A stretch of DNA of 52,356 nucleotides from Synergistaceae bacterium (GTDB taxonomy: Bacteria; Synergistota; Synergistia; Synergistales; Synergistaceae), in assembly GCA_031260185.1 (NCBI GenBank), contig JAIRKI010000008.1, positions 1 through 52,356 of the forward strand. The letters run 5' to 3'. Shown here in pieces: positions 24,841 through 35,119 of the stretch. Numbering within the stretch: position 1 is the stretch's first letter; each line of letters begins with the position of its first letter. Below the pieces are notes generated by a model. The model did no database searches. It saw nothing but the letters and a program-made list of their open reading frames with translations, and was not told the origin of the DNA. Position numbers and translations under genes: made by a program.

Positions 24841-25418
24841 TGGAACTGCTCTGGATTTTCCTCGGCTCGATATTCGTAAACAACATAATCCTGTCGCTCT
24901 TTCTCGGCAACTGCCCGTTTCTGGGCGTCTCCACGAAGAGCGGGACCGCGAAGGGAATGGGCGTCGCGGTGATATTCGTGCTGGTGCTCGCGTCGATAAT
25001 GACGTGGCTCGCCTACAACTTCGTGCTGGTGCCGCTCGACCTGCGATATCTGTACACGCTCGCGTTCATACTGATAATAGCGGCGCTGGTGCAATTCGTC
25101 GAATTGGCGCTCAAGAAAATAAACCCCGCGCTTTATAAATCGCTCGGGATATTCCTGCCGCTCATCACGACCAATTGCGCAGTGCTGGGCGTCGCGGTCA
25201 TCAACATGAACGAGGGATACGGACTTGCCGCTTCCGTCGTGAACGCCTTCGGGTCGTCGGCCGGATTTCTTCTCGCGATCATCCTGATGGCCGGAATCAG
25301 GGAGCGAATCGACGACAACGCCGATATCCCGAAATGTCTCAGGGGGCTGCCGATAGCTCTCGTGACCGCCGGCCTGATGTCCATTGCCTTCATGGGCTTC
25401 GCCGGCCTCATAAAGTGA
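24840..25418 (+). CDS. rnfA: Rnf complex subunit A
   Basis: 192-aa polytopic protein with FLGNCPFLGVS. Position in the operon. Confidence 0.9.
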   Translation: MELLWIFLGSIFVNNIILSLFLGNCPFLGVSTKSGTAKGMGVAVIFVLVLASIMTWLAYNFVLVPLDLRYLYTLAFILIIAALVQFVELALKKINPALYKSLGIFLPLITTNCAVLGVAVINMNEGYGLAASVVNAFGSSAGFLLAIILMAGIRERIDDNADIPKCLRGLPIALVTAGLMSIAFMGFAGLIK

Positions 25419-25431
25419 GGGGGTATCGTAA

Positions 25432-26259
25432 ATGATAACTTTCGCTGGAACCGTTTACCCGGCGATGGTGATGGGCGTATTGGGGCTCGCGTTCGGGGCG
25501 TTGCTCGCGTACGCCTCGATCAAATTTTTCGTGAAGACCGACGAGCGCGTCTCCAAAATACGCGAGATACTGCCCGGGGCAAACTGCGGCGGCTGCGGAT
25601 ACCCCGGATGCGACGGCTACGCCGACGGCGTTGTGACGGGAGGCGCGAAAATCAACCTATGCGCCGCCGGAGGCCCCGAGGTCTCGCGGCAAATAGCGGA
25701 GATAATGGGCGCGTCGGCGGAAGATTCGGCGCCGACGCGGGCTTATCTGAAATGCGCCGGCTCGCCCCGAATTTCTCCCCGCAACGCGTCATACGAGGGA
25801 GTGCGCGACTGCAAGTCGGCCGCGGTACTGCCGGGCGCCTCGCCCAACGCCTGCCCCTTCGGCTGTATCGGACTCGGCACTTGCGTCGATGTCTGCGTCT
25901 TCGGAGCGCTGAGCACGGTGAACGGGCTCGCCGTCGTCGACCCCGACAAATGCGTGGGATGCGGCGCTTGCGTCGCGATATGCCCGAAATCCGTCCTCGC
26001 CCTCGCGCCGAGAACATCATGCGTACAGGTGGCGTGCAATTCGAAATGGCGCGGCCCCGACGTCAAGAAAGTCTGTTCTGCGGGCTGCATAGCCTGCGGC
26101 ATCTGCGCGCGCGACTGCCCCGCGAAAGCGATATCCGTCGAAAACAATCTGGCCGTGATAGGCGAAAACTGCATCAACTGCGGAACCTGCGTCTCCAAAT
26201 GTCCGGTCAAGTGCGTCGCGTACATCACGGAAAGGGAGGCCTCGCGCGTATCGGCTTGA
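25432..26259 (+). CDS. rnfB: Rnf complex subunit B (polyferredoxin)
   Basis: N-terminal TM helix, CGGCGYPGC, and several CxxCxxCxxxCP motifs. Confidence 0.9.
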   Translation: MITFAGTVYPAMVMGVLGLAFGALLAYASIKFFVKTDERVSKIREILPGANCGGCGYPGCDGYADGVVTGGAKINLCAAGGPEVSRQIAEIMGASAEDSAPTRAYLKCAGSPRISPRNASYEGVRDCKSAAVLPGASPNACPFGCIGLGTCVDVCVFGALSTVNGLAVVDPDKCVGCGACVAICPKSVLALAPRTSCVQVACNSKWRGPDVKKVCSAGCIACGICARDCPAKAISVENNLAVIGENCINCGTCVSKCPVKCVAYITEREASRVSA

Positions 26260-26319
26260 AAGTGAGCGGGAAGTCGATGTTTTACGCGGCGTTTTCGGTT
26301 TTGAGCCGGGAGGCGGGGC

Positions 26320-29300
26320 ATGGAAATATTTGACAATATCACCAAAATCGTGAAAGACGATCTTTCCGCGACTATCGGGAAAGGCAGTCGCGTCTCCGTA
26401 GCCGCCGCGTGTTTTTCGATCTATGCTTATCAAACGTTGAAAAAGCAGCTCGACGGTATCGATGAACTGCGTTTTATCTTTACTTCCCCGGCCTTTGTGA
26501 CTGAGAAAGCCCCGAAAGAAAAACGCGAGTTTTACATTCCGCGTCTCAACCGCGAACGCAGTCTTTACGGAACGGAGTTCGAAGTGAAACTCCGCAACGA
26601 GCTTTCCCAAAAAGCCATCGCGCGTGAGTGCGCGGACTGGATACGGAAAAAAGTCAAATTCATGTCTAACGTCACTGACGAAAATATGGGCGGATTCCTG
26701 AACATCATCAATACGAGCGATCAGCTAACGTATATGCCGCTGAACGGTTTTACAACCGTGGATATCGGCTGCGAGCGCGGCAATAACAGCTATAACATGG
26801 TGACACGTTTTGAAGCGCCGAACAGCGGCGAATTTGTCCGATTGTTTGACGCGATATGGCGTGATAAAAGCAAATTGCAGGACGTGACGGAAGAAGTCAT
26901 TGACAGCATCACTGCCGCCTATAACGAAAACTCCGCCGACTTCCTGTATTTTTTCACGCTGTACAACATCTTCAACGAGTTTTTGGAGGATCTTTCCGAT
27001 GACGTTCTGCCCAACGAAGCGACCGGGTTCAAAAACAGCAAAATCTGGAACATGCTTTACGATTTTCAACGCGACGCCGCGCTCGCGATTATCAACAAAC
27101 TTGAGCGATACAACGGTTGCGTCCTTGCCGACAGCGTTGGGCTTGGCAAGACGTTCACCGCGCTCGCGGTCATTAAATATTACGAGAACCGCAACCGCGG
27201 CGTTCTCGTGTTGTGCCCCAAGAAGCTGAACGACAACTGGCGGACATTCCGGGAGAACTATTAAAAACAATCCCGTAGCCGCCGATCGTCTGCGATATGA
27301 CGTGCTTTATCATACCGACCTGTCCCGCGAACACGGGACTTCGGGCAATATCGACCTCGAAAAATTGAGCTGGGGAAACTATGACTTCGTGGTCATCGAC
27401 GAATCCCACAACTTCCGCAACGGCGGCGAAGTATACGGAGAGGACGAACGCGACAACCGCTACAATATCCTGATGAAAAAAGTTATCCGCGCCGGCGTGA
27501 AGACGAAAGTGCTTATGCTCTCGGCTACGCCCGTGAACAATCGTTTTACTGACCTGCGAAATCAACTTGCTCTTGCCTATGAGGGCAAACCCGCTTTGAT
27601 AAACGACAAGCTCGATACCACGAAACCGATCGACGAAATATTCCGCGGCGCCCAAAAAATATTCAACCGGTGGAGCGAGAAAGCGCCCGAACAGCGGATC
27701 ACCGCATCCCTGCTCAAGACGCTCGACTTCAATTTCTTCGAACTGCTGGACAGCGTGACGATAGCCCGCTCGCGCAAACACATCGAAAAATACTACAACA
27801 TGGAAGAGATAGGCAAATTTCCTGAACGGCTGAAGCCCCTCTCGCTGCGTCCCGACCTGACCGATTTGGACGACGCCATAAATTACAACCAAATCTTCGA
27901 AGAACTTATCAGCCTCAATCTTGCGATATATATCCCGACGGATTTCCTGCTTCCAAGCGCGCTGGAAAAGTATGTCGATACAGGCGTCAATATCAACCGC
28001 GCCGGGCGTGAGCGCGGCATACGCCGCCTGATGAGCATAAATCTCCTGAAACGCCTCGAAAGTTCCGTCTGCGCTTTTCGCCTGACGCTCGGCCGCATTA
28101 AATCTTTGATTGAATACACTATCGTAGAAATCGACAATTTCGCCAATGGCGGCGGTTCGGTTATAGAAGCCACAGAGCTTTCCGACGACACCGAATTCGA
28201 TGGCGACGACATCAACACCGACTATTTCGTCGCAGGCAGAAAACTCAAAATTGACCTCGCCGATATGGATTACATTTCCTGGCGGCGCGAACTGCGGCAT
28301 GACGCTGAAACTCTCGGTTTGCTCGTGCTGATGGTCAAGGACATCACGCCCGAACATGATACGAAACTGCAAACGCTCCTGCGGCTGATCTCGGATAAGA
28401 TAGAACGCCCGATCAACGATGAGAACAAAAAAATCCTGATTTTTTCGGCTTTTTCAGACACAGCCGAATATCTTTATGACGCCGTCAGCGTTTTCGTGAA
28501 GAAGAGATTCAGTATCGACACCGCGATGGTGACGGGCTCTGTAGAGGGCAAGACAACCATTCCAAAGTTCCGCGCGACGCTCAACAATGTTTTGACCTGT
28601 TTCTCTCCCAGATCGAAGGACAAAGAGCTTCTTATGCCGAATTACAACGAGGAGATTGATATTCTCATCGGCACGGATTGCATCTCCGAAGGACAAAACC
28701 TGCAGGATTGCGACTACTGCGTGAACTACGACATCCACTGGAATCCCGTGCGCATCATTCAAAGGTTCGGGCGAATCGACCGCATCGGCAGCAAAAACGC
28801 GGTCATTCAGCTCGTGAATTTCTGGCCCAACGTCACACTCGACGAATATATCAACTTGAAAAACCGAGTGGAAACGCGCATGAAAATTTCGGTCATGACC
28901 GCCACCGGCGACGATGACCTCATCAACGCCGAGGAAAAAGGCGACCTCGAATACCGCAAAGCCCAGCTCGAACGTCTGCAAAACGAGATTGTGGACATAG
29001 AAGAGATGCAGAGCGGCGTTTCCATCATGGATTTGGGGCTGAACGAATTCCGGCTCGACCTGCTCGGCTATATCAAAGCTCACGGAAATTTGGACAAGAC
29101 CCCGTTTGGGCTTCACGCGGTCGTTTCCTCCTCCGGAGATTTCCCGCCCGGCGTCGTTTTCGTATTGAAAAATATAAACGGCGGGGTAAATATCGACAAT
29201 CGCAACCGATTACACCCGTTTTATATGGTATACATTTCAACCGACAACGAAGTCGTCTGTGACCACCTTTCGCCCAAAGAAATGCTCGACGCGCTGCGTT

Positions 29301-29545
29301 TGCTGTGTAAGGGCAAAACCGCCCCTATTGTCGAACTGTGTAAAGCGTTCAACGCGGAAATAAAAGACGGCAAAGATATGCGGAAGTATTCGGCGCTGCT
29401 TGGCGGGGCTATCAACTCAATCATAGACGTGAAAACAAAGAGCGAGATCGACGGTTTCCTGTCCGGCGAAACGGTCAGTTTTTTGTCGAACAAAATCAGC
29501 GGCCTGGATGATTTCGAGCTGATTTGTTTTTTCGTCGTAAGGTGA
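26320..29545 (+). pseudogene. PLD-like N-terminal domain + SNF2 helicase, interrupted by a +1 frameshift (fragments 26320-27264 and 27263-29545)
   Basis: Motif I (ADSVGLGKT) lies in fragment 1. DESH (VVIDESHNFRN), GTDCISEGQNLQ and QRFGRIDRIG lie in fragment 2. Removing one T at 27261/27262 gives a continuous ...RENYKNNPVAADRLRYDVLYHTD... (about 1074 aa). Confidence 0.8.
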
Positions 29546-29549
29546 CGCG

Positions 29550-30155
29550 ATGCTCGGGTTGCCCAAAAACACAGAAATGAACCACCCTCTGCCGAAGAAA
29601 GCCATTTTCGACAAATTCAAGCCCAACGCGGCCGACAGGCAAAGGTTCGACGCGGAAATCCGGCGTCTTTCCGTTATCTACGAGGTGTCCGCCGTGACGA
29701 CGAACATCGCGGCGGGTGAAAACGCAGCGGCGTTTTATGTGGTGCTTGTTACTCTGCGGAGCGCTGAGTGTGATAAGAAGAATCTTGCCATGCTGTCGAA
29801 GTTGATAGAGCAAAATATGCTTTTTGTCCTCGAACACGACGGCAAAGCGCGGCTCGCGGCATATCGCGCGGGCAGGGTAATCCAGTCGGGCTGGAAGCTG
29901 CTGGACGAATGGACGATCAATCTGATAGGATTGAATCTCGACAGCGTATGGGATAACATCATCGTGCAAATCGGCGGCATAACGATTGCAGAGGGGAACA
30001 CGCTTGACGAACAGATTGTGGCAGACGAGGAATGCAAGAAACTGCTCAGGCGCGTTGAACAGCTTGAAAAACAAGCCCGGACAGAAAAACAGCCGCGGCG
30101 GAAGTGGGAGTTGGCGGAGGCATCAGCAAAATTAAGAAAAAAATTAGAGAAATAA
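29550..30155 (+). CDS. DUF4391-family protein
   Basis: MLGLPKNTEMNHPLPKKAIFDKFKPNAADRQRFDAEIRRLSVIYEVS... matches the remembered DUF4391 N-terminal pattern. Typical position after the SNF2 helicase. Confidence 0.65.
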   Translation: MLGLPKNTEMNHPLPKKAIFDKFKPNAADRQRFDAEIRRLSVIYEVSAVTTNIAAGENAAAFYVVLVTLRSAECDKKNLAMLSKLIEQNMLFVLEHDGKARLAAYRAGRVIQSGWKLLDEWTINLIGLNLDSVWDNIIVQIGGITIAEGNTLDEQIVADEECKKLLRRVEQLEKQARTEKQPRRKWELAEASAKLRKKLEK

Positions 30156-30253
30156 CCATGAAGAGCCTGAAAAGGTTTTCCGATGATGTTATTAAAGAAT
30201 TATTGTAGCTATTCAGAGGAAATTCAGGGATTTATTTCCGGAGGGTTCAGTCG

Positions 30254-31390
30254 ATGAAACTAAAAAAAATATCTCTTGTAAACTGGAAAAACTTTCAGTC
30301 TGTCAGCGCCGAAATACAAGACCGATTGTTCATTGTGGGCGCGAACGCTTCCGGAAAGTCCAATTTTCTGGACGCGATTCGTTTCATGCGCGATATCGTG
30401 AAACATGGCGGCGGGTTACAGTACGCCGTGTCTTCGCGCGGAGGTCTTTCAAAAATACGTTGTCTTTCGGCGCGCGAGGATCCGAACGTGCAGATCTATA
30501 TGGTATTTGAGGATGACGAGAACACGCAATGGGGATATTCCTTATCTATCGGGCAAGAACAAAGAGGGAAAAGAAATGCGATTATAAAGCAAGAATGCAT
30601 AAAGCGAGATGGCGTCGAAATTCTTTCACGCCCGAACAAAAACGATACAGAGGACGAAGACATGCTCACTCAGACACATCTCGAACAAATTACGACGAAC
30701 AAAGAATTCAGAGACATCATTCGTTTTCTGGAGCCCATCAAATATACGCACCTTGTCCCTCAGTTGTTGAAGTTTCCGGATGCGTTCTCAGGGCCGGATT
30801 TACCAGAAGATCCATTCGGCAAGGGTTTTCTGAAGACTATCGCCAAAACTCCTCTTAAAACGCGGGACAGCCGTCTCCAAAAAATCCAGGGCATATTGCA
30901 AACAGCGGTTCCTCAATTGAATAACTTGACTTACGTAGAGGACATTGGACAACCTCATCTCGAAGTGACTTATAAGCATTGGCGTCCTCACGGCGCCAAG
31001 CAGTCGGAAAACCAATTATCGGATGGAACGCTGCGGCTTATCGGATTGTTGTGGTCATTGCTTGATGGACAGGGACTTCTTTTGCTGGAAGAACCGGAAT
31101 TGTCGTTGCACACGGCGATTGTCGAGAAATTGCCTGAAATGTTGTATTCTATAACGCGCGCTAAAAAACGCCAAATCATCATGACTACGCACAGTTCCGA
31201 ATTATTGTCGGACAAGAGTATTTCCCTATCTCAAATTTTGTTGTTGAAAACAGGCGCCGAAGGAACGACCGCATATCTGGCAAGTGAAAGAGAGGAAATC
31301 AAAGCCATGCTTGCCAGTGGGATGACCCCCGCTGAAATGGTCATTCCGTTTACTCAGCCCGACGAGAAACAAAGGCTGCTCTTCGAATGA
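30254..31390 (+). CDS. ABC/SMC-type ATPase (AAA_15/AAA_21-like), nested module 2
   Basis: Walker A GANASGKSN, signature LSDGTLRLIGLL, Walker B LLLLEEPELSLH, H-loop TTHSSE. Confidence 0.85.
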   Translation: MKLKKISLVNWKNFQSVSAEIQDRLFIVGANASGKSNFLDAIRFMRDIVKHGGGLQYAVSSRGGLSKIRCLSAREDPNVQIYMVFEDDENTQWGYSLSIGQEQRGKRNAIIKQECIKRDGVEILSRPNKNDTEDEDMLTQTHLEQITTNKEFRDIIRFLEPIKYTHLVPQLLKFPDAFSGPDLPEDPFGKGFLKTIAKTPLKTRDSRLQKIQGILQTAVPQLNNLTYVEDIGQPHLEVTYKHWRPHGAKQSENQLSDGTLRLIGLLWSLLDGQGLLLLEEPELSLHTAIVEKLPEMLYSITRAKKRQIIMTTHSSELLSDKSISLSQILLLKTGAEGTTAYLASEREEIKAMLASGMTPAEMVIPFTQPDEKQRLLFE

Positions 31391-31977
31391 TTGACGTAAC
31401 CTGTGTTTATGAAGACGATCCTACATATCATGTAATGCTGAAAATGTTAGGCCATTTTCCGGACAACCTTTGCGTGTCCCGCGGAATCCATTGTCATGGT
31501 TTCGGCAAAATAAAAAAGAACATCGCGGGGTACAACAGTGCCGCTATGTTCAGCTATTTTTTTGTGATAACTGATCTTGACAGGCATGAATGCGCTCCGT
31601 CGTTGATCCGAGAATGGTTGCCGGCGAAGCGAAATCTCAAGCTCATATTCAGAGTGGCAGTCCGCGAAGTAGAGTCGTGGCTGCTTGCCGATAGGGAGAA
31701 TTTTGCGCGTTTCTTTGCGGTCAACCCTGCCCTGGTTCCCTTCCCGCCCGACGAAATCAACGATCCTAAGCAAGTTGTTTTCGCCATCGCGAAAAGATCG
31801 CGTAAACGGAATATACGGGAGGGAATTCCTCCTACAGACGAATATGTTTCTATTGGGCCGGGATATAATATTGAATTCCGAGATTTTATAAAAAATTATT
31901 GGAGTTTGGGCGACGCGCGTAAAAATTCACCGAGCTTAGATAAAGCGCTGAAATCACTGGAAAAATTGCCTGACTAG
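31387..31977 (+). CDS. Small Toprim-like partner protein (DUF4276/DUF4435-like)
   Basis: ATGA overlap with the ATPase. Acidic motifs in Toprim order: VYEDDPT ... VITDLDR ... REVESWLLAD. Confidence 0.5.
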   Translation: MIDVTCVYEDDPTYHVMLKMLGHFPDNLCVSRGIHCHGFGKIKKNIAGYNSAAMFSYFFVITDLDRHECAPSLIREWLPAKRNLKLIFRVAVREVESWLLADRENFARFFAVNPALVPFPPDEINDPKQVVFAIAKRSRKRNIREGIPPTDEYVSIGPGYNIEFRDFIKNYWSLGDARKNSPSLDKALKSLEKLPD

Positions 31978-32020
31978 GCTGAATGTGTTTTCAGTATAGG
32001 AAAAAAGGAGAAAGAATGTC

Positions 32021-33929
32021 ATGAACAAACTCTACCTCCACACCCCCAACCTCGCCGACCGCAACTTCGCCGCACTCGCCGCGTTGTTCCCCAACGCCGT
32101 CACGGAGACCATCGACAAAAACGGCGATGTCGTCCGCGCGATCGACGCCGATGTTCTCGCGCAGGAAATAAATTCGCACGTCGTAAAAGGCAAGGAGGAA
32201 CGTTACCAGTTCATCTGGCCGGACAAGAAGAAATCCGTCCTGCTGGCGAACGCGCCGATTGCGGCGACGCTGCGCCCGTGCCGCGAGGAAAGCGTGGATT
32301 TTGATAATACTGAAAACCTATACATTGAAGGGGACAATCTCGACGTATTGAAACTACTGCGAGAAACGTACCTGAACCGCGTCAAGATGATTTACATCGA
32401 TCCGCCGTACAACACAGGAAATGATTTTATGTTCAATGACGATTTCGCGGAGGATGCTGACGAATTTTACGCCCGTGATTATCAATACGACGGCGACGGC
32501 AATCGCATGGTGCGGAATCTGGACAGCAACGGACGGTTTCATACGGATTGGTTGAATATGATTTATCCTCGGCTGCGACTGGCGAGGGATTTGCTGACGG
32601 ATGACGGAGTTATTTTTATCAGTATTGATGATAATGAAGTTCAAAATTTACGCAAAGTTTGTGATGAGTTATTCGGGGCAGATGCCTTTGTTACTGAGTT
32701 TGCTTGGGAAAAAAAGAAAAAACCATCCTTTCTGCATAAGAATATTGGCAAAATGAATGATTATATTCTTTAGTTATGTCAAAAATTCATTTAAATCTAA
32801 ACCTTTTTCTGTTGAAACAACTACCGAGGGCAAAAAATATCCTTTCAACAATGCTGGTAATGGTTTAAGCGTCCTTGCCTTTCCCGCAAGGTACGTAGAA
32901 TTCAATATGCCGGATTGCACCATTAAACCACAGGATATGTCGGAGGGACCTATTATTACAACATTATTAGATCAGGTTCGGATTGTCAAGGGACAAAATG
33001 TTGATGGTTTTCGTTTGGAGGGTGAGTGGAGATATTCACAAGAAAAGCTTAATGAAATCATTACTAATCGTGAGCGGATTGTTATCAGTAAGATTCCATT
33101 CAGACCCAATCATATAAAATCAGGCGGGGAAATAAAAAAAATGAAGAATGTGCTTAGTCCTGCACACTATCAGATGGAAACAAATGAAGATGCTACAAGA
33201 CAACTCACAGAACTTTTTGGAGTAGATATTTTTGACAATCCAAAGCCTGTTAAACTTATAAATTATCTTATACGTGCTGTAACTTATGACATTCAAAACT
33301 CCATCATCCTCGACTTCTTCTCCGGTTCCGCCACAACCGCCCACGCCGTCATGCAGCTCAACGCCGAGGACGGCGGCAAGCGCAAATTCATCATGGTACA
33401 GCTTCCCGAAGTCACGGATGAGAACAGTGAGGCATTCAAAGCCGGTTATAAGAACATCTGCGAGATCGGCAAGGAACGTATCCGCCGCGCCGGGGCGAAG
33501 ATAAAATCTGACAGCCCTTTGACCACACAAGACCTCGACACCGGTTTTCGTGTCCTCAAGCTCGACAGCACAAACATGAGGGACGTGTACTACACGCCGC
33601 AGGGATATACGCAGCTTGATCTCGATGGCCTTATCGACAACATCAAGCCCGACCGAACGCCGGAGGATTTGCTGTTTCAGGTCATGCTCGACCTCGGCAT
33701 TCCGCTTTCAGCTAAAATTGAGCGCGACGGAAGCGTGTTTCGCGTCAACGGCGACTACCTGATCGCCTGTTTCGAGAAGGCTGACGACGCGCTTGTGACG
33801 GCGATAGCGCAGGCAAAGCCGTATTACGCCGTTTTTCGCGACAGCGGCTTCGCTTCCGACAGCACGCTCGTGAACTTCGAGCAGATTTTCACGACGTACA
33901 GCCCGAACACGATAAGGAGGGTGCTGTAA
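32021..33929 (+). pseudogene. mod: Type III R-M Mod methyltransferase interrupted by a +1 frameshift (fragments 32021-32773 and 32772-33929)
   Basis: Motif IV IYIDPPYNTGNDF lies in fragment 1 and motif I ILDFFSGSATTAHAV in fragment 2 (beta-class order). Removing one T of the TTT at 32769-32771 gives ...KMNDYILSYVKNSF... (about 635 aa). Confidence 0.8.
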
Positions 33930-35119
33930 TGGATGAGAAGGAACTGAGCAAGCCGGAGATTCAGCAGACACCGTCTGCTAAATCTGAAATTCGCCAATCA
34001 ATGATTAGCGAATCTGAAAACCAAAAACACGACGCGGTGTGTAGCGAATTCAGCGGCGGGAATTTGGCAACGCCGGAATTCTTTAACGGTATTGCGAAAG
34101 TCGTTGAACAGGCGCGGGCGCATATCGAGCGTTCCGTGAACGTGGCTATGTGCGTAACGTATTACGAGGTCGGGCGGCTGATTGTCGAGCAGGAACAGTC
34201 CGGCGCAAGCCGTGCGGCTTATGGCAAGAAACTGCTTGATGAATTGTCAGCGTACCTCACCGAGCGTTGCGGAAAAGGCTGGTCGGTCGGCAACCTCAAA
34301 AACGCAAGGCAGTTTTATCAGGTTTATTCGCCTTCAATTCGCCAATCACTGATTAGCGAATCTGAAAAATGGCAGACATTACCTGCCCAATTCGCGTTAA
34401 GCTGGACGCATTATCTAATTCTGATGAGAATCAAGGATGCCGATGCCCGCCGCTTTTATGAAATCGAGGCGGCAAGCCGGCAATGGACGGTCAGGCAGTT
34501 GAAACGGCAAATCGGTAGCAGTTTGTATGAGCGACTTGCTTTGTCGCGGGACAAGGACGAGGTTATGCGCCTTGCGTTAGAGGGACAGACGATGGAAAAG
34601 CCCCGCGATATGCTGAAAAGTCCGTTGGTGCTTGAGTTCCTCGATTTGGAGCAGAACCAGGCGTATTCCGAGTCCGACTTGGAGTCGGCTATTATCGCTA
34701 ACTTGCAGACGTTCTTGCTTGAACTGGGAAAAGGCTTTCTGTTCGAGGCGCGTCAAAAGAGGTTTGCCTTTGACGAGAAGTCTTTCTTTGTCGATTTGGT
34801 GTTCTATAATCGGCTTTTACAGTGCTATGTCCTAATAGACCTGAAAACAGGTGAACTCCACCATCAGGACTTGGGGCAAATGCAAATGTATGTTCACTAT
34901 TTTGACCGCTATGTTAAAAAGGACTTTGAGAAACCGTCAGTCGGCATACTGCTCTGCCAAGAGAAGAACGACAACATCGTCGAATTGACACTGCCGGAGA
35001 GTAGCAATGTCTACGCCTCCGAATACAGCCTGTATCTGCCCGAGAAGGCGTTATTGCAACGCAAGCTGGCCGAGTGGATCCGCGAGTTCGAAGAAACGCA
35101 CGGAAGCGACGCCGAATGA
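33929..35119 (+). CDS. YhcG/DUF1016 PD-(D/E)xK nuclease-domain protein
   Basis: FFVDLVFYNRLLQCYVLIDLKTGELHHQDLGQMQMYVHYF is the DUF1016 core. The start overlaps the Mod stop (TAATG) and the stop overlaps the Res start (ATGA). Confidence 0.8.
   Translation: MDEKELSKPEIQQTPSAKSEIRQSMISESENQKHDAVCSEFSGGNLATPEFFNGIAKVVEQARAHIERSVNVAMCVTYYEVGRLIVEQEQSGASRAAYGKKLLDELSAYLTERCGKGWSVGNLKNARQFYQVYSPSIRQSLISESEKWQTLPAQFALSWTHYLILMRIKDADARRFYEIEAASRQWTVRQLKRQIGSSLYERLALSRDKDEVMRLALEGQTMEKPRDMLKSPLVLEFLDLEQNQAYSESDLESAIIANLQTFLLELGKGFLFEARQKRFAFDEKSFFVDLVFYNRLLQCYVLIDLKTGELHHQDLGQMQMYVHYFDRYVKKDFEKPSVGILLCQEKNDNIVELTLPESSNVYASEYSLYLPEKALLQRKLAEWIREFEETHGSDAE

Noticed and set aside
27259-27267. Programmed +1 frameshift in the SNF2 helicase
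   Set aside because: The P-site codon UAU (Tyr) cannot re-pair with AUU in the +1 frame, and no stimulatory element is evident. A mutation or sequencing error is more likely here than in Mod.
30158-30208. 16-codon ORF (MKSLKRFSDDVIKELL) between DUF4391 and the nested ATPase
   Set aside because: It is too short, has no convincing RBS, and lies in AT-rich junction DNA where random ORFs are expected.
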